Part shown: positions 57,360-64,000 of the stretch, piece by piece | Layout of the letters: the number at the start of each line of letters is the position of its first letter | Position numbering within the stretch: the first letter of the stretch is position 1 | Assembly (NCBI RefSeq): GCF_009914755.1 | Contig: NC_060927.1 | DNA: 64,000 bases | Reading direction: 5' to 3' (one strand) | From: the human T2T-CHM13v2.0 reference genome, Homo sapiens | Program-made: the position numbers and the translations under genes | The notes under the pieces: model-generated | Databases searched by the model: none | Seen by the model: only the letters and a program-made list of their open reading frames with translations | Told to the model about the DNA's origin: nothing

Positions 57360-58228
57360 CACTGGTGGATCAACAGGTGCTGGTGGTTGCACTTGTAGGT
57401 TTACCGCAACAGTCTGTGGAGGAGGAAGAGTCTGAAATGGCAACTGGACCAAAGCTTCTGCAGCTGGAAGTTCCTCTTCTGACACCAAAGCATTCTGCAC
57501 CAAAACCTGGCCCTGGGACAGAATTTCAGGCTGCACTTGTAAAGACTGCATAGACTGCAAGGGCAGTGGTGGAATCTGAGCTGGAGGAGATGTCGACATC
57601 TGTGGAGGACTTGCAATTGGGATTGGAGAGGACTGCAGGGATGAATATTGCTGGTGTGATGGAGAGACAATCTGCTGGCCTGGGGATACCAAGGCAGACT
57701 GCTGAACTGGGCCAATGTGTACAACAGGGGAAGCTGGAAGTGGAAGATGGGATGGAAGATTCAACTGTGCTGTAGCTTGCACCTGATTAGCAGTGGACTG
57801 CTGCAAATTTGGCCCTGGCTGGAGAGCTGATGACACAAGAGGGTGTGGCTGAATAAGTGCTTGTGGATGAATAATTATAGTAGGAGACTGACTTGGTGAA
57901 TGAGGTGGTGGAGGAGACACCACTACAGACTGCTGTGCTGACTGTGACTGATTAGGAGACACTGTTAAAGGAGAGGGATGACTCTGAATCGGTGAACAAT
58001 GCTGTGACTGGGCATTACTGGGAGCTGGAGGAAGGCCATGGTTCTGGAGTGGTATACAGTGCTGGGATGGGGGTGGGTCTTGAGTTGAATTCTGAAGTGT
58101 GATTGGCTGAATTTGCTGTTGCTGCTGTTGTAATATCAGCTGATGATGGGAAACTTTGGAAGGTGGTGAATGAAGAGGAATCTGCTGATGTTTTATTAGA
58201 GAATGAGGCTGAATTGGAGAATATGAAG
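57360..58228 (-). CDS. PHC3: PHC3 large coding exon (Gln/Pro/Ser-rich low-complexity region)
   Basis: (A)SYSPIQPHSLIKHQQ...QPPAPVDPPV; ctctcacag| and GTG|GTAAGC; 869 nt; upstream exons lie beyond the window. Confidence 0.95.
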
Positions 58229-58294
58229 CTGTGAGAGAAAAAAATGACAATTAGTACTGATTTCAAAAATACAGAAATTTTTAAATCACTCTAA

Positions 58295-58674
<380 letters not shown>

Positions 58675-60225
58675 TGAATATTTAATGACAATTTATAGTT
58701 GGAAAACTAGAAAATATCATAAAATACACTGTACTGTGATAAGTTCTAAAAGAAAACTGCCTAAAACTTAATAATCTGAATCTATACATGGTTTGTTCTT
58801 ATTATATTTTATAGGTCACCTGAATATCTACATTAACTTTTAGCAAAGTTTATACACTTGAATTTCTTCTTTGCAGGAAAAGAGGAGTATCATCATAGAA
58901 CAAGTATAACATATATAAAGATAACTTCAAAATCATAAAAATACTATATTAAAATTCATAAAATAAAGATCTCATCCTTTCTAATCCATATCTAAACGTG
59001 CTTCCAACTAATAGGGTAATTACTTATAAAGCTTCCCAAATGAGTTTCCATTTTTGAGCTGAGATGAGGGTATATATATCATTTGACCCAGGAAGAGAAA
59101 ATATTTTGTATAATAATCTAATGTGATTAAGCAAAAGACGTGTGTGAATCCTGTAGCACAGTTAATTAATCACTGTAACTAAGAACTCAAATTTAGGGGC
59201 CATTCCAAATCTAGGAAAACACTAGTTTTGCTTGCAGAGAATGAGACAATCAGAAGCCCATGCTACCTAAATAAGGGATTTTGTTAACCCTTTTCCCTCA
59301 CCAAAAAAAAACTTCAATAATTGATGTGACAGTATGAGGTTTTCTCCACAAAGAAGCCACTCAACAGGAATAAATATATGTAAGAATTAGCACAGTCAAG
59401 TGGTAGGGAGCCCCCCATCATGCCTTTTCTGCAAACTGGTGGCACATGTTTATAGAAAGGGAGATGCTGATGAAATCCTAAGTAAGAATGGAAACTGAGT
59501 TCACAAGAAGATAAACTGAAACAATTGCTTAATGTTAATATCATGTAAAAATTACACACATTTAACACAGATTTAAAGACAGGGCAATTTTTTTTTTCCT
59601 AACCTTGGAATATTAGGAGAAAGACTATATTATACCTTACATCTATTTTTGTGTTCAACCACATTTGTGACAACTTTATAAAAACTTTCCACAACTTTTT
59701 AAAAAAAATTTTCACATTTGGTTATTATTTAAAATTTTTGGAATCCTTTAAAGAAATTAACATCTGATTAACATCCAAAAAAGAGGCGTTTGGAAAGTTC
59801 AATAAATATCCACTAATTGTTAAAAAAAAAAAAAAAAGGAAATCAAGTCAACAAAATAATTTTCATATAAGTATCTAGGCTAGTACTTCACACTAAGACT
59901 GAAAATTTTATGTCAGTCTTTTAAAACTGTGTTGATATAGACTATGCTAAACAGTATTCAAAAAGGGTAAATTAACAAAATCTTGGATTTCTACAGCGTG
60001 CCCTTCATCCAAGGGGCTGAAAGTGCTTTCACGTGTCTCTCATTCATACTTACAAAATGCCTGTGGTATAGGTGGGTATTATTATTTCCCTCTTACAGAT
60101 AAGTAAATAGATTTTTTTGCAAGCATAACAGCAAGGGCCCACTTCAATTCAATTTTGTAAGTAAAGCTTTAATTTAAATTTACCATACTGTTGAAGTACC
60201 AGTATGGTACTAGAATAACAATTCT

Positions 60226-60534
<309 letters not shown>

Positions 60535-60889
60535 CTATGCTCTGGTAAGTAAGCAATCTTTTTATATCTTAGAGCTGTGACAATTCAACAGATTAGCAAT
60601 CTATCCTTTCATCTAAATTACATTTTTCTTTGATCAGAAATCAAAGTGTGTTTATTTTTAGTCCATAAGACCAATTGATAAGCACATATATTACAGAATA
60701 ATTAGGTGGCTATGTGAAGCAATACCTCTGTAAAAGAAAAGACCTAGTGCTCTGGGAAAAAAAATCCTATCATGTTGGTTAATTTCTCTGATTTTAATAA
60801 ACATCTTATTGTCAGGATGGCTTTAAATTCAGAGAATTAATGGCTGACATCTCTCACATATATATATAATTCTATTATTTACAGTAACA

Positions 60890-61060
60890 CATATTATTTC
60901 ACCCAGTAACTACAACAACCCCATGAAGGTGATAGGGTACTATACCAATCCAACATACGACAGATGAAGAAACTGTGAGTAGTTAAGTGACTTGCCCAAA
61001 ATCATCTGGCTATTAAGGACAGCATTAGGTCTAAAAGAACCTATGATCCTAACTGAGTCT
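60890..61060 (-). mobile_element. MIR SINE fragment
   Basis: ACAACAACCCCATGAAGG...CAGATGAAGAAACTG...GTTAAGTGACTTGCCCAA. Confidence 0.7.
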
Positions 61061-61067
61061 AGGGCCC

Positions 61068-61440
61068 TGTTATGGACTGAATGTTTGTGGCACAAAATTC
61101 GTATGCTGAAGCCCTAACTCCCAATGTGTATTTGTAGATGGGGCCTCTAAGGAAGTAACAAAGGTTAAATGAGGTCATAGGGTGGGGCCCTGACATGACA
61201 TGGTTTGTGCCCTTTTAAGAAAAGACATCAGAGAGCTTCTGCTCCCTCCACCCACCACACACTCAAGGCCATGTGAGGACATCTGCAAGCCAGGAAGTGA
61301 GCCTTCACCAGAAACTGAACACTGCCAGACCTCGATCTTGGGCTTTCCAGCCTCCAGGACTGTGAGAAAATTAATTTCTGCTCTTTAAGCCACAGTCTAT
61401 GGTATTTTGTTATGGCAGCTGGAGCAGATTGATTAATACA
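61068..61440 (+). mobile_element. MLT1A-type MaLR solo LTR
   Basis: TGTTATGGACTGAATGTTTGTG...GGTATTTTGTTATGGCAGC...TAATACA; flanks GGCCC/GGACC resemble a 5-bp TSD. Confidence 0.82.
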
Positions 61441-61855
61441 GGACCTTCTCACTACACAATGAATTAATGTCTACAAAAAACAGTATATATTTTTTCCAAT
61501 TAAGCTAGTTTCATAAAAGCTCTAAAAACTGTGATAGAAAAACTTCAGCTCTAATACAGTTCATGTTTCCAAACATTTAAAGTTTGACCTTATTTTACAT
61601 ATTAAAAATAGAATTTACTATGTATCAAGTGGAAACTCCACCTTCAAAAAGAAATGATAAAGAAAACCAAGTTACTTTGGCACCCTAAAAATACATATAA
61701 GAAAACAATAACCATGTATACTATAATAATTAGACTATACTACATTAGAATACAAGTAGATTTTTTTACATTTAAAATGACTTGAAGGAACATTTTTCTA
61801 ATTGAGGACAAATAATCAATTGAGAATATCTCAAAATATCTTCGCTTCAGATTAA

Positions 61856-62150
<295 letters not shown>

Positions 62151-62765
62151 AAGATTAACTTCTTACCAATAAAAGCAGAAAAACTAAAAAGGTGAAAAAT
62201 ATAGCTATAGCCTTAATAGAAGATATGAATGGCTTTGAATAACTGCAGTGTAAGGCTTAAGAAACTTTTAAGTAGTTCAGGATTTTCTGCGTGGTTTGTT
62301 TATAATCAACAACATCAAGGAAAATTGGAGTATATGTAAGATCTGAATTTGGACTTAAAACTGACCTGAGACTCTGGTGGTTTTGGCTTACTGGTTTCCT
62401 CCATACTTACACAAGATATTGACCATCAGAGGAATGCAAACTATAAGCATATTATCACACTATTAATGAAAGAGGGGAGAATAAGCTGCAATTCAGAACC
62501 AGATATTGAGAGTTAAGGGGGACTGAAAAATCCAAAACTAGATTTCCTTGCTTGAACTAACCCTGAAAGAGTTCCCGGCTTTCTCTGAAAGTAACGTTCT
62601 CTTTAGAAAGAAATCAATCTACCTTTCATTATAATTTATCAAAACTGCAGGAATCACTAGAAATTGTCCCTGAGCAGTCATCCTAAGGACCATGGGTCAC
62701 CATTGCTCCACACTGTCAAAACTAGCCAGACGCTGGTTTGAGGCTGAGAATACTCTGTACAGTAG

Positions 62766-63163
<398 letters not shown>

Positions 63164-63399
63164 TGAATATATTTATTAATTTATACATTATATCAAAGCC
63201 TACTTACATAAGATTCAGATTTAACAATTCTAAGTATAGTGATACCTAATTAGTACCAATAAGAAAGACTGCAATAATTCCCAAAATCCAAGTGGGAAAA
63301 AAAAATGAACTATTAATCCAACAAATATGTACCTCCTACCTAACATACGTAAGTACGTATAAGATACAACTTAGTGCTGTCAAGATACAAGGATGAAAA

Positions 63400-64000
<601 letters not shown>

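Noticed and set aside
57365-58266. Overlapping alternative-frame and antisense ORFs on the large PHC3 exon
   Set aside because: Expected shadows of a low-complexity Q/P/S coding exon
60181-60209. 10-bp perfect hairpin TACCATACTG/CAGTATGGTA
   Set aside because: Too short for a pre-miRNA and not distinguishable from chance in 64 kb

Overview
Primate (almost certainly human) genomic DNA, AT-rich and Alu-dense. It holds the convergent 3' ends of two genes. GPR160 (+ strand) has a non-coding exon at 8439-8562 and a single coding exon with CDS 12639-13655, encoding an orphan class A-like GPCR. PHC3 (- strand, Polyhomeotic homolog 3, a canonical PRC1 subunit) contributes its last eight coding exons (58228 down to the stop at 25900: Q/P/S-rich region, HD1, FCS zinc finger, SAM domain) and a ~9.6 kb 3'UTR ending near 16250. 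A GPR160 intron carries a 1875-bp internally deleted HERV-K(HML-5)/LTR22 provirus in sense orientation, with two LTRs, a tRNA-Met PBS, a PPT and a 6-bp TSD, inserted into a hAT-Charlie fossil. About 38 Alus and several MaLR, L1, MIR and DNA-transposon fossils are present; repeat boundaries and subfamilies were called by eye. I found no new protein-coding system. The most interesting leads are at the RNA level, and all are hypotheses: a stop-free in-frame 1023-nt PHC3 circRNA candidate flanked by inverted Alus, candidate poison exons in the Alu-free last PHC3 intron, a recursive-splice-like AG|GTGAGT exon start, GPR160 uORFs with an alternative acceptor that skips the proximal one, and possible LTR22-driven GPR160 transcripts.
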